Shown: positions 1 to 14,376 of the stretch, one piece after another
How the letters are laid out: each line of letters begins with the position of its first letter
How positions within the stretch are numbered: the first letter of the stretch is position 1
Assembly (NCBI GenBank): GCA_965235115.1
Contig: OZ249436.1
Location: forward strand, 14,818,001-14,882,000
From: Laetmonice hystrix
Taxonomy: Eukaryota
Direction: 5' to 3'
Length of the DNA: 64,000 nt
The notes under the pieces: model-generated
Seen by the model: only the letters and a program-made list of their open reading frames with translations
The model's database searches: none
What the model was told of the DNA's origin: nothing
Made by a program: the position numbers and the translations under genes

Positions 1-3000
1 CCCCCCATCTTGTTGTAATCGCTCACAGGACAATACACGGTTGTAAACAGTTTGCTGGTCCAGGCATATTGAATACGCAATATTTATTACAAACATATTG
101 TTAATTTGTTTGGGTTATGTGAAAATTCGTTGGATTAGACAGACTTGATGGGTCTGATTATAAGTCAGCTTCCGAGATTGTCCTGGAAGCGAATATTGAT
201 GGCTTTTGGCACCCTTTTAACTATAAAGCTTTGCTGACCATTGGGTAGTCACCATGACATGTTAACCGCTGGTAGACGTTTGATTCGAAAGGTAAAGTAA
301 ATTTAACTGACATTTTCATATTTATGATTCAGATGCTTGTTGATGAAGCTCTGGGTGGATGTTAATATTGGCATGGTTATTACATCAAGGTCGCATTCTA
401 ACATACTTACTAACAAGTTGCTAACTTACTGAGATTGCTTTAATTATTATATGAGTGGCATGAACTTTGAAGCTTTGAATATAATGTTGCAAATACACAT
501 TGCGTTAACTCAATACAGCTTTAGTGCTTCAAGTGCAGTAATCTATTATAAAATGCTCCCTTGAGTTCTTAAAAGTTATTTGCAGAAAATTAGAACACCA
601 TTCTTTAAATAAATATCAAAATATCAAGGTCAAAATATGTGTACAGAACATTGTTAATCAGTTATGGATCATGATGCATAAAATGCATAATTATTGGGGA
701 AAAAGAAAAAAGGATTCAAGCATAATGAAAATTAATACTGCTTAAACTCTTAAAATGTAATTTTTTGAGAATATTGTTTATAATGCGGTGACCTTTGGTA
801 ATGATGGTGTTTGTGTGTTGTTTCTTTACATTTCACGTCTTCGCGATTTCTAGGAATAGGTGAAGAGTTCCACTATATACAATGCTTTAGAACGGTTGTA
901 GCAGGGCATGAACTCTATCAGATGCAAATTTACAGCTTCCGAAAGCGTTTTCTTTTGAAAATGTGATCCTTTCTATGATGATGCTTAAAAACAAAATAGG
1001 TGTCCTATTTCAGTATTCGTTTTCGATCAAAGAAAAAAAACCCACAAAGTACATTAAGTTTAGATTGTGTCGGCTAAATTTGGATGAAGGTTTTCTGTTA
1101 TGGTGACATTAAAATGAAACCTCAAATGCTTCCTTGAAGTACAAGAAATGATTAATTGAAACATGCAGGCACGAGTTAGCCGAGTAAAACTATAACAGGA
1201 TGACAGATCAACATTTCTGGAATATCAATTACATAACATTGCTCATGCCATTATCTGTCAGTAATGACTGTCTATATTTGACTTTTCATGGCACATTCAC
1301 TGCACCAACGCATTAGGTCGGTCGGCTGTTCAATTTGCATCTGTTAGTGAGAGCTTTTAAAACCAATGCAGACAAAAGAAAACCATCCCTGTGGCCTTCT
1401 TTAAACCTCATCTGAACCAGACAACATCTGTAAAAACCTCTGACATCAAGTATCCCGTCTCTGTCGGTTAGAAACAATGAGTAGCCGGAACTGGCTCTAG
1501 TTGTTGTCCACCAAATGTGTGTAGAATACGTGTCCATACTCCGCACGTATCTGGCGACTCCTGGTGACAACTACGCCCCCTGGTGAGAGAATGATCGGCT
1601 GGGAGAACGGCCATGTCTGCGTACGTGTGTGACCGATTGTCTGTTGTCGTTTGGTACGCGTCTAACCATCTCCCCGTCACAACCAACATTCATGCTCCTA
1701 AACAATATGCATGTCCTGAATGACCATTTTGATGTCTTATGTTTTTTTGGTGGAAGGTGATATAATTTTGAGATGTTTACATGCCATACTGAAAGTGTGA
1801 TATGCCTATATGTGTGTTCATGCTTGATGCTGAAATGTTGTGAAAATTGTGTGGTCACTCATGATTTCGCTTTGAAGTCCCTGTGTTTAAGAAGGGCTCT
1901 CCATTAACCAAAATAATACGGCCAGTGTGAGTTGTCGTCAGTGTGCGAGACATTTCTCAGAACTAGGACCTAATTGTTATATCGTAAAACTTTAAATCGA
2001 TATATTTTGACATTAAAGCCTGGTCCTCCATTTCATGGTGAAGTGTGACGTCATAGAGTCGTCTTTGTCGTGTTTAAGTTCAACACGTGCATGGGGCGGG
2101 AAAGAGTTGAAATGCGGTGCTGTCAACCTTAACTTGGCCTGTGACATGCAGGAAAAGGGTAGTCGGAATCTGAGGTCATCTACTGCTATTTGCTTAAAAC
2201 CGCATATATCGACATGTCAGTGGGTTAGGCATGAAGGTTGGTAATACAAAGTTTGGTAAAACTTCTAGTGTGAGTAAGTATATCCTTGCATATTTCCACA
2301 CAGTTGTAGACCCCCAGCAATGGTTGAATGATATACATTTTTGGCAGAGGTGTAGTACTAGTTATATGTAAAATGTAATATCATTCAACTGAAATTTCTT
2401 TTAAAATCTGCCTTTTCACTATCGCATCGTCGAGTGCAAATGCTTTTTTGAAGCAAGTATTGCTATGTCATGCTGAGCTGTAGATGATTGTAAACGCAAA
2501 CAAAGCGATTCAGCATTGCATTTTCACTAAAGAAGTAATCGGCAATTAATCATTGATGGTAAGAGTAATCTAATCAGGGGACAAATTGCTGACTATATTA
2601 AAAACTAGAACAGAAGATTGCAGTGCAATGCATTTTTCTTATTTCCCATCGAAAAACATCTATTTTTAACCTAAAACAGGAGCAATTATAAATATTCATT
2701 AGACATATATATAGCGCATAATGTTATTTTTGTACATTATGCGTGGTCATTTCGCAAATGATTGCATAAATGTTTAAGATAAAAATTATATTAGTCTTTG
2801 TGAACCTATATATGAGCTTTTCATAAAGCTCGATGTTACGTCAGTGGAACCAAGTCGGTTCTGTCAGAACCTATGCCTGATTGAATCAACGCCAGATGTG
2901 TAAATGATGTGCCGTTAAACTAATTGGTTACACCATAGACCTAGAGTACCCTCGCTTCAGCATTGAGTACACCTAAACTATGTTCAAGGTGAGACCTCGG

Positions 3001-3402
3001 ACGGCAACCATTGCGACAACATCGATATCAATATAAAATCGTGAATGTTGCCCACACAGGATTCAAGGCGGTGCACATGTATACACATATTACAATAATA
3101 TTAAACTAAGTGTCTTTTTTTAAATTACCAAATTCACACCGTTCTAATTCAGGTCACGATTGAAATAAATAGATTGTCAGCTTGATAAGCTACTCAGGCG
3201 GAACCGGGGCTGTTCTTTACAACCCAGAGAAACTGGCGCTAAATATATTTAATATCCAGTTCATGATTGCATCCAGTTATTAGTTGGTCCAATTAGTAGT
3301 GCCAAGGTGTTAATGTTCATTAGAATGTATATAGGCAAGGTAATTATTTTATAATGTTATACGTGTACCTCCGGTGTTAAATGGGCTGTTTCTGTGATCG
3401 TT

Positions 3403-4086
3403 AAGCCCCAGTCACACCGGGCCTGCGACCAGGTTACGACCTAGTGCGACCGTAAAATGTTGGAATCGCAGGCAAATCGTAGAAAGAGCGTGCGACTGGT
3501 CGGAGAGAACGTGAGTGATCGCCAGAGCAAAATCAGTCGCAGCAAGGTCGGTGGTCGTGTTCAAAACTTCTGACCTGTGATTCCAAATCGTAAGAGGTGG
3601 CAGACAGGTCTTATAATGGTCGTACTACCTGTCGTGCATGGTTGCACCACCAGTCTTGCATGATCGCAGGTCAAGCAGTCGCACGATTGGTTGTGCAACT
3701 GGTCGTGCCACCTGACGATTGGTGGTGCCACCTGTCGTATGACCTCACGATCATCTGTACTGCCCAGTAACGACCTGTCCCGAATGGTTGCACGACCCTA
3801 CATTTGGTGGTCGCCACGATTGATCGCACGACCGATCACTGATCGCCACCACAAGTTGCACGATTACCTACGATTGATTTTGCAATTGATATTCCCCAAT
3901 CGCAGGTGATTGCACAACCACGCGTACCACCAATCGTACGATAACCAACCACCAATCATTAAGGGCAATTGCAGTTTGCGACCGCAAATGAAGATCGTAG
4001 CAAACATTGCCGATTGGTCGTACCTAGGCCAATTCGCCACCAATCGCACGATCCAGATATCGTACGATCCGGTGTGACTGAGACTT
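3403..4086. mobile_element. non-autonomous DNA transposon (MITE), PIF/Harbinger-like
   Basis: 18-bp terminal inverted repeats (TIRs) AAGCCCCAGTCACACCGG / CCGGTGTGACTGAGACTT (16/18 match); interior rich in CGACC/GGTCG motifs. Superfamily assignment is inference. Confidence 0.7.
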
Positions 4087-5707
4087 TCTGTCCTTTCAAT
4101 CATAAACACAAACGGCAACCTCGTGTGGCCTGATAATAATAGTGCACTGTGACCCGATTACACGTTTCAGAGCGGGTTGGCCCAGTGCTTCTTGTTAATA
4201 TTGACAGACCAATCGTGACAGTGTATCCATTGCCCATGTTGTGAAAGATTTGGCGTGTGTCGACTGTCCTAAGGTGATCTGTTGAGTCGGTAAATTCTCT
4301 GACAGATAGAGGGGTTGGGTTGGAATGGGTTAGAGTGTGATATCAGCGTTTCCTGGATATTTTCGACTTTTTCTTTTTTTTTGGGGGGGGGGGCGAGTTG
4401 GGGGGGTGAGTAATGCAAAATATTTCCCTTTGGAATTTTTTTTTATTTAGCTGAATAATGGGTGGAGGCCCCCCCCCCCAAAAAAAAGGGATAACTCTGG
4501 ATATAAGATGCTAAAATTAACCAGGCCTATTTGATATCTTTTATGGCGCATTTTGCACCAGCCGTTGGCCAGGTTGCAGAGTTCTCAGAGACAAGTGCCC
4601 CAGAGTGGATACTTTCCCATTAACCTGCCATTATCTCTGACCCGGACTCTGCAAGCTCAATGACGTGGCATCTGTCCCAGATACCGCCCCGAGATCAAAG
4701 CATTGGAAACTTTGGACGTATTGCCTAGGGCGACTCATATGAACCGTCCCTGGAACAATGTCACCTTCAGCTGAGGCGTTGTCCTTACAGTTTGCAACGT
4801 GATCTCAGTTGTTGCCAGTATTTTGGCTCTTATGTAGCAGTGGCATAACTTGGGTAATATATAGAGCCCCGATACTATACGTTTGGGCAATATTTAGTAT
4901 ATACATATTTATATAGCTTAATTGTATAGTAGCTGCGTTCTTCGTGAAAAGGTGGGCTATAGAAATCGCTAAAATGTCAAATGATAACATAATATTGTGC
5001 AGAAAAACATGCGATGTACCAGAGGGGGCGCGGACCTGAATCTAAATCACTATCTAAATCACATGAGGTTCATGGCACCCTTTTTGTCCCAGTGGGCTGT
5101 TATGGAGGAAACGTTTCTATGCCTTAAGTAGATCTCTTTCTGGGAGACCACCCGGTATCCCTACCCTTTTATCGAGATGAGGTTCATGGCACATCTCTTG
5201 TTGTCAAGAGTACTCTTAAAGTCTGTGCTGTTGATCGGTAAATTATGGCACGCACCGAGTGCTTCAGGAAACGAAGCACAAACTGCATACACATCTTCAT
5301 CAATGAGGTGCACGAAGCCAGGGCCATGCTCGCATTGTGCTCCATGTTAGTGGTATGAGGGAGAAATCTGCACCCAGGTGTGTGCTTTCAGAGATATTGG
5401 ATGTCGTGCCGTGTGATGTCGTACAGGTGAGATAGGAGCGGGAATCTCTGATGCTGGGAAGCCAGACACCTGGGCATTGATCCTTTCCATCGTAGCCCCA
5501 GGCTACAAGTGTTGGTACGGCACCTGTAAACCATCAATCCTTCCTAACCTGTTGTCATCGTCGACAAGTAGAACGTACAGGACAAGGCATCATCTAAAAA
5601 TAAACGGAAACAGCTTTAAAAACAGTAATTCATGTATTCCTCACCAGGAGTCGCGGTAACAAAAGTTCTGAGGAGCAATATCAAGCGTGGAAAGGTTTAT
5701 GTTAGAC

Positions 5708-5945
5708 CAGGCCCGTACCAAGGGCGCCCCCCGGTCGAGCTGACCCATGCCTATGCTGTGTGAACCCATTTCCGTCAGAATTTTGATCTCCAGATGCCGG
5801 GAAATCGCGTTTTCGGTCTTCAAAACGAGAAATTTTCCGGGGGAGGACCCCTGAACCTCCCGCAACATGAACGCCTCGTGCCTTCGGCGCGCGCGGCCTT
5901 ATATGGACCCCCCCCCTCTTCAGGTCGATCCTGGATACGGGCCTG
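5708..5945. mobile_element. MITE with CAGGCCCGTA termini
   Basis: CAGGCCCGTA ... TACGGGCCTG inverted ends, GC-rich interior; no TSD seen. Confidence 0.55.
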
Positions 5946-8900
5946 GATGCAGTACAGCCTACTTCAGAAAGAGATAATACATTTGGAAATTTGGATATTA
6001 CATGTTAGAATCCTTCATGTCTATCAGAATTATTTGGAAGTCTAAAGCTATGTAATGTATTGATGTTTGCTGATTCAGAGTTAGACTATACACTTTCTTT
6101 TAGCATCCATCGAGACAGACCTCGACCTTTGATATATATTCTGAGGAAGACATTTGACGTGTACCGTAAGAAACACGATGATGTTTCACTCAAAATGTCT
6201 TTGATAACATAAAAAAAACACCATTTTTATGTGTGGGTGCACTTTTATCATGTGAAGACATGCTTCCTCTGTCATTTGGTGCAGGTACTTTATGCTATGT
6301 ACCTACTCGGCATGCCAGTAACTTCATGTTCTATTGGAATCCGACATGGGGAACATGTTTAGGTTCGGGCCAGTTAGAGTAGTTAGAAAGGGGCAGGGAG
6401 TGTGAAGAGTTTTGGCAGCAGTACTCAGCAAGGGCCAGGTGTCAAAGTTAACTGCGGCCGACAGAATGCCAAAGGCTACCGTAACCAGAGAGTTGGAAAA
6501 TGTTGGGTGTACGCGTAGAGGTTTGGTCCGGGAAAGATGGGTTTTGTCTGTGGGAATGGTGCATCATTCCGCAGGGTGCGAACAGCAAGGGTCCTCAGGC
6601 AGCCAAGTGATCTTTTATAGTATTAAAACCGGAGTAGCGCGTCAGTGTAAACAAGAACTGAAAAAGGCTGTTTTATATTTGACCTGTATATAACAATTAA
6701 AATACCTTAACAGTTTTATGTATACATTGTATAAGTATCTGGATGACTGCTTTGAATAAATGTCTAATTTGACATAATAAGCCATTTGGATTATTCATCA
6801 GCTTCAATTATGTGCAGTGGTTTGTATGGCACTGGTAATTTTGCATCAGGTAAGGGAGGAAGCATTTGAAGACATGGTGAATAAAAACTCCAGTAGTAGG
6901 TCCGTGATGTGATATGGTGCCAATATATATGTTATAAGGTAAGATTCATGGGAGAAGAGAACAAACAGACTTCTGTCTGTTAGTTGTCATTGTTTGCTGT
7001 GGTGATTGATGGTGCCTGCAAACTGAGCAAGCAAAGCGTCGTCATGATGAACCAATCTGAGCACACTACAGTACTGTGTACTCCAAGTCCTGAATTATTC
7101 AACGGTCCCCAGAATAAAGGCCTGAATGCCACTTGCTGGACATTTGCCGTCGGCCTCATATGAGATGGACAGGAAATGGCATTGGTGTTTATCTATGTGT
7201 CTCTAGTAGCATAAGAATATTACTATGGTAGCGCCACAGCAGGCAGACTACGGTAACATTTAGATACCCTTTGTAATGAGTGGACATAGGTAGTCTTACG
7301 GAACCTGACGAGTCACAGACTCCACATGGTGGAAACGCTCATCAAGTGTAGTAGCGCAATGGTCATCGAGCACTTTTGATGAGGCCTGATGAGCAGCAAG
7401 ACTGAAGGCCAGGTCTGCATACTAATGGCTGCAACCAGCAGGAGTAATAAAGTCAGATCTGGCCTGGGAATAATTGAGGTGAGCACGGGGCGTGGCGGCC
7501 AGTGAGGCTGCATGCAGACTCTTTCATGACCAGCGCAGACTAGATTGGCACCATATCCTCCTTGTTGATCTCATGAGCAATGGAACCTTTCACTTAGGTC
7601 TGGGCACAAGCAAGTCGATCTTATTAGGAGGAGAAGGAGTCTGACTTGTTCAAAACTATTTGGTAGTGCGTGTCTCATGAATTAATCAAGTATTATTGAT
7701 TACCTGCGGAGTATTTGACCTCCATGGTGCCAATATGAACGCGGAAGACCAAGAAAAGTCTTTTATCTGTATTATCAATTACTTATTTGATCAGACCTAG
7801 ACAACTCGAGAGCCATGTAGATCATTTTGACTTTCATTTTACTCATTTTACACTTAGTAAGAGCTAAGGCGTACCCTTTGTTTGAGGTAACTACTGGCTT
7901 ATCCCGAGGCCTCCAAGGGAAGAATCCCCACGTTAGAGACACGCACAATCCATGCACCAGTGGTGTTTTTGACTGAGTGATTGAACTGGTCAGACGTGCA
8001 TTAGTCACAAGTATCTCCCAAATCATAGAGGGTAGGCCTATAAGTGGAATCGTGCTCTTCAAAACACCAGCACAGCACTCTCTCATATAGCCTGGTATTG
8101 ATGTGATCTGACAGGGAGTGAGCCAAAGTACCGTATGGCCAGATTACCGTATTTGTCAGTTGGTGATTTATCTTGCATTAAACTGCCAGTTAATTATTAT
8201 TTAATTATTAATATTTGTGTTCGGGGAATGTAACATATTTTACTGTCTATTCCTTTGAATGGGGTTGTCAAATGCATACTTATAAATTTGTAGAACATTT
8301 GATTTAACAAATCGTACAGTCTGCCAGATTCTTGATTCATCATTGTAACAAAATAACAACGGGGATCGAATAACTGCTGCTGCCCCCTAGTGGCAGTAGT
8401 GACGTCTAGTGAGAGGCGGTTGACTTTCTGTGGCAGAATACGTACATCTGATACATGTCTCGACATGTTAAAATGGTTTACAAGGTGGAATTACTTTCTT
8501 TCTGAATGTATCCGGTGACATTGGGGACTGGTAGAAGTGAGTAATGAATAGATTAGCGTCATCACCATAAGGACGACATCTATTTAATTAGACTAATAGG
8601 TCTTTTAGTATACCACTAAGGGTGGAGTTAACAAACCATCATTATCGGGATGTTCATATGTATAATAAGGCATTGGTAAAATACTAAATCTGCGTGCTAG
8701 GAATCTCTGTATAACCCGGATTTGAACACGTTTTTGTAGGACTTTCCTTCTTAAAATAAATTAAGCAAGGGTTACCGTACTATATGATGACGACTGATTC
8801 AATAGGCCTACTTGATGTGTGTTTCTCCCCAACATTGCATTGCTATTAATACAGATGATTGTTGGCAGATTTAGTTAATAATGGCATGCTTCCCTGATCT

Positions 8901-9107
8901 ATCTCCTTGAAATGAACTGATCATAGATATTTTTTAAAAAGGCTAATCTTAGTCCATGTCTGCTGTTGAATGTGCCAAATATAATCGTGTATGCTACGAG
9001 AACTTTTTAAACTCAGAGTCTTAGATATGTAAAGGTAAATTGAGGCAAAGCAGATGTGCATAAAACGGTACACAACATATGAATCTGCCTTTTTGTTATA
9101 TTTGCAG

Positions 9108-9113
9108 AAAGAA
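9108..9113 (+). CDS. candidate 6-nt microexon AAAGAA in the intron upstream of the S2 exon
   Basis: ctgcctttttgttatatttgcag|AAAGAA|gtaagt; frame-preserving; no RNA support. Confidence 0.3.
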
Positions 9114-10770
9114 GTAAGTGAGAGTGTCATACTACTTGATCCAAGGACAGTCCCGATATGCACCTCTAAGATCCCAAGGACATTCACATGTACACTTTTT
9201 ATTATACCATTGAAAACGCATATTTCAAATGGCCATTTCTGCTGTCATATCTTCTGCATGGACTACATTATAACAATTTAATTCCACATTAAGGTATATT
9301 ACGGCATCTCAAAAAACAGGCGTAAGTCTTGTGATGATTTTTACCCACGTTTTCGACCTTGTATAAAGTACTGATTGGAAAAATGTTGCAGTTAAATTCT
9401 CGAGTTAAGGGTAGAAGTGGCCAGAGGGTATCATGTGGTTTTCAGCCCAAGTTGCATGGTTAGGTCGCAGGTATAAGCATGGGTTGACTGATGCATTGTT
9501 TGTTGATGATCAGTTGAATAAAACATGATCTAAAACATACGAAGTACACTATCATTATCATAATTATTATAATGAATGAACGTACATAATAACTCTGATG
9601 AACCGCTACACGGCTATATGGTAATAAAGTATTATCAATGGCAGTTACCGGGAGTCAGACAAAGAAAGCAGATATATAGTGATACTCTAATTTAATACGC
9701 TTGTTTCTGGTTCTGATGTGGTGGATGTAAAGATTATTGGAAATGAAGGACCCTAAAATAGTCATAAGTCACGTGTCAATGCATGATGTGACTACTAACA
9801 TTAACAGTAGCGCTAATAAGGCAGTCATGACATTGAACGTATACTCAGATAGGCCAGGTGACATAGACACTGTAGCCAGAATAGTATAACGGTTTCAGGG
9901 CTATTTAATTTGTCATTTCTGACAGTAGCAAGTTCTAGATATAATAGGCAATGGGCATGTTATGATGAACGGGCAGCAACGTGAAATCTATCACTAGACT
10001 TTCTGTTCAGTGCATTTATCATAATTCCGGTTTGCAGGATTGCAGAAGTTAGGTATTGCAGATAATTGAAACAGAACTTTATATATGCTGTCTATTAACA
10101 TAGGTCTTCGTGGAGATATTTCCTAACAAAGAGTAGAATATTGCCAATAATTCTTAACAGCTAATCAAATTTTATTTCAGCCGGCAATATTGTAACGAGT
10201 TTAGAGTGAGCTATACATGAAAACTATGCATTGGAACAAAGGTTTGACTCCGTAAACTACCCCCCGTAAATTATGTGGTTTTGTTAGATAGCAGATGCCA
10301 TAGAATGACACAGATGCTCTGCTCTTATTGCCGGATGTTGCCAACAACTTTCGTTATGTTATGATATGTTGACTATAGGTCAAAAGGTGATTTGCGCAGG
10401 TGATGTACCTACATTGACAGCATAGTCCTGTTGTCAACGCTTGACAGCAGAAATGCATGGTCGTGAGTACTGGGCCCCCCCCTGGAAAAATTATCTTCCG
10501 ACGCTAGTGGTGAGGTTGTGGTAGGGGTAGCAATTATTAGGGCTAGGGACAGAACTGGGGATAGGTAATTGGGGGGGGGGGGGGGCGTGCGGCTAGGGGG
10601 AGGGGGTAAGAGTTAGGTTTGAGTCCACTGATAGATTGTCAGATATTTTTTTACTTCTTCCGACCAAATCTCATTTCGATATAACCATAGGGGATGCACT
10701 GATTGTGCAGGTTGTCGTTTGGTCAGGTTCGGGTGGTTATTCTGCCAGCCGACGGGTGGCAGACCTTACT

Positions 10771-11253
10771 GGTCGAGGCTGACTGAGGCACTAAATGATC
10801 AGTGACCTCACGGGTCGAGGCTGACTGAGGCACTAAATGATCAGTGACCTCCCGGGTCGAGGCTGACTGAGGCACTAAATGATCAGTGACCTCACGGGTC
10901 GAGGCTGACTGAGGCACTAAATGATCAGTGACCTCACGGGTCGAGGCTGACTGAGGCGCTAAATGATCAGTGACCTCACGGGTCGAGCTGACTGAGGCAC
11001 TAAATGATCAGTGACCTCACGGGTGGAGGCTGCCTGAGGCACTAAATGATCAGTGACCTCACGGGTCGAGGCTGACTGAGGCACTAAATGATCAGTGACC
11101 TCACGGGTCGAGGCTGACTGAGGCACTAAATGATCAGTGACCTCACGGGTCGAGGCTGATTGAGGCACTAAATGATCAGTGACCTCCCGGGTGGAGGCTG
11201 ACTGAGGCGCTAAATGATCAGTGACCTCACGCTAGAGGCACTAAATGATCAGT
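10771..11253. repeat. minisatellite, 42-bp unit, ~11.5 copies
   Basis: Unit GGTCGAGGCTGACTGAGGCACTAAATGATCAGTGACCTCACG; produces the PQSASTREVTDHLV repeat ORFs. Confidence 0.97.
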
Positions 11254-11370
11254 GGGTAATGATTGAGACACGTCTGGTAGAAGTTCCACTGATCCCAGCG
11301 GCACCCGCCACTGTATCAAGGTGAATGATGGCCATACCTGTGGATTCTCACTTCTCCTGCAGGTTTGCTG

Positions 11371-11588
11371 AAACTGTCAGCCTGACGTAGGCGAACTTTG
11401 GTAGTGAGCCTGACGCAGGCGAAGATTGGTAGAAAACTGTGAACCTGACGCAGGCGAACATTGGTAGAAAACTGTGAGCCTGACGCAGCCGAACATTGGT
11501 AGTGAGCCTGACGCAGGCGAACATTGGTAGTGAGCCTGACGCAGGCGAACATTGGTAGTGAGCCTGACGCAGGCGAACATTGGTAGAA
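11371..11588. repeat. minisatellite, 28-bp unit with a 35-bp variant, ~7 copies
   Basis: GGTAGTGAGCCTGACGCAGGCGAACATT interspersed with GGTAGAAAACTGTGAGCCTGACGCAG(G/C)CGAACATT. Confidence 0.95.
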
Positions 11589-14199
11589 GGTTAGTCGGAC
11601 CCTCGGCCGCATCTACCACGGCCCCGACCTGCACCCCATCGACCACCCGTCAGCACTTTTTGTTATCGTAACCCCTACTTTTTACAACAACCTTTGATTT
11701 TTGATACATTAGTCTTGTTTCTCTTTGCCTCAAGGCAAGTTTCCCCACTTTAGAATCGATATGAAGAAAATACATCTTCATTTTTCAACTGACAGAACTC
11801 GGTGTGGGCTGAAGCCTTTACCTCGCGTCGTTTACCATTTCAATGTACCATTTTGCCATCATGGCCTTTTGGAGGAAGTCGCTGTCACTGGAACTCTATT
11901 CTCTATGGGAATACAGTTAAAACCTATCCACCACGTCTGCAGCACAACCCTCAGTGAAAACCATATCCATTACAGGATTGGCTGCAGGCTTCTGCAGGTC
12001 CATTGATCTTTACGAAGCCCGATCTTTCAAGGACAAAAAAAATAACTGTCGTATGATGCTAGATGAATATATTTGCCAAGATAGTTTCAGACGACCGTAC
12101 AAGAAATGCCATTTTCTTCTATTTGTCCTAGACATGAATGAGATTTGCGAATTGCGCTCCGTAATGCCACCGTAATGTCGAGGCTGACTTCTGATCGACC
12201 CCGTGTTCCGAGGGTTCAGAAGTAGGGTAAGCAGGGTGACTTTGATTAGTGACCAGTGTCCAGGGGGAACAGCCGTGGACCAGCACACTTCCTCCACGCT
12301 TGCTGACTATCACCATTGGCTGATTACTGTTAAGTGCAGGACCATTAGTTGACCGCGACCTTTAATGGTGATGAATCTGGTTCTCTGGACATATCCGTCG
12401 ATGACACAATACCATTTTCTATCTTCTAAGCCACTTACGCTAGAGATCAGGTTTTATTGGATAATTGGGATTGAGCACGTACAAAACTACACTTAGACCT
12501 CTGCTGTATTCCAAGCAGTATACTCATTTACAATCGGTCAATGCTAATACTTCCTTTGTTTACTTTGTTGATTAAAACAAAAAAAGGAAAACGTTTGGAA
12601 AATATTATTACCGAAATAACCTATTGTGGCGCCGAAACAATTTGGAAGGGTCGAGTTTGGAGTAAAACATGTAAATTAACTAGAAAGGTGCGATGGAAGC
12701 CAGGTCCTTCAGGTCCCTCCGCCCATTCCGGCACTTCAGGCTGTTGTACTGTTATTTTGTGAACAAAGATCTATGAAACAAAGCTGGCGGTTCTAATTAC
12801 AGATTGTCAGAGATTATAAATGATTGGTAAGTATGATTTTCTAATGAATCAGCCCGTAACAAGGCTGTGAATAACGATTTTTTTGTAATTCAGCGCGTGT
12901 GTAACGTTCAGTTTCAGCAAGAACATAATTGATAACCCGTTTCCAGCACGTTCACCATTTCCGGTTTGTATTGACAGATGAAATGGAACCCCGGGCCCGA
13001 CCTGAGGTGGTGGTGGGTGGTTAGGCCTGGGAGCACTCATAGTGTGTGCCCCGTTTAACCCACAGGTGTCGGTAACACAGAGCCTGTGTGGAGAGAAAGC
13101 AGAGAAATTCATCCGTTTCTACACACCGGAAACAAGGAATCCCCATGGACAGACTTGATCGTCATAAGATATTAATTTGTTGATCAGGAACTGGTATAGA
13201 AGGCTTCAATCGATTAATGAAACATGCCACAAGAAATAGAAAAATTGTTACCAGTTTAGAATGATTATTTACTATACAACGCACCACATTAGAAAGTTTG
13301 GCGTAATCCTGTAAGTAATATGTTCTAACTGATAAGAATTATCAGGGCAGATTAAGTTATAAACATGTAAAAGAAAACAAAGAAATCAATACTACAGGGA
13401 TATGTTGATTCCCAGGAGTCATTTGATCGACTCGTCTTCCTGAATGTGGCGGCGACTGGACGTATATTTACTTGGCATGATTGGAAATGTTGCTTTGACG
13501 TTACCATAGAAATATCGATTTACTACCATGAAGAAGATACAGGGCTTGGCATAAACCTTCAAACTTTGTGTGTAGCCCATTGGCGGCAACTTGTTTGTCA
13601 TGCCTTATGGAGCGAACATTAAATTTGATTTTAATATCATATTCTGTGTGATCTGGAGGTAATTGCCATTAGATTGTTGACCTACCAGTGAGATAAGAGC
13701 TTCTGGTGTTTTATGGATTTTAAGATCACGTTTGGGCATCACAGTCGGTCCACATGGAAGGCCCATGTTTTTTGGGTGAGCAGTCTGGCTCACATTGTCA
13801 ATATTTGAAGTGTCTGGAAGAAGTTGGCAGAAAACTCGCATCCAGGGCGGCAGTAGCTCGCGCTGAAAGCGTCTCCACTTAACCAGGTCGTAATGTTGGG
13901 GACCTCTTTAACTGTACAATGCTGCAGATCAGCGTTGTTGTCTCCCCACTCCCCCCCCCCTTTTTTTTCTCTGGCAACAAAATGATCGAGCTGAAATTGA
14001 TGGATGACTCATGAATGACACATTGTTCTCAGAAACATGCATCCCTAAAAGTGTCATGCATCAGGGTAGCTAGGACCTCTATTGCATAATCACCTGTTTT
14101 ACGTTGCTGAGAACTGTAAAATGTTTCAAATAAAATTTACTGTATCGCGAAATTTATACTCTGTAGCGCTAAAATACTTCATTCATAAACATATCCACA

Positions 14200-14376
14200 G
14201 GGCCCGGTTTTTAGTTTGCAGACTGAGTCTTAAGATTCAAGTCTTAAGACTGAACTCTTGTTTCAGAGCTTCTAATTGGTCCTTCAGATGAAGTCATCCA
14301 ATAAGAGACCATAACACAAGTCAGTCTTTATTTGCAGTCTTAAGATTGGTAAAATGACGAACTAAACACCGGGCCC
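14200..14376. mobile_element. short MITE with GGGCCCGG termini
   Basis: GGGCCCGGTTTTTAG ... CTAAACACCGGGCCC imperfect inverted ends; internal AGTCTTAAGA repeats. Confidence 0.65.

Noticed and set aside
10723-11646. Repetitive ORFs (PQSASTREVTDHLV etc.) or a CRISPR-like array
   Set aside because: Direct tandem minisatellites with no spacers; eukaryotic intron context.
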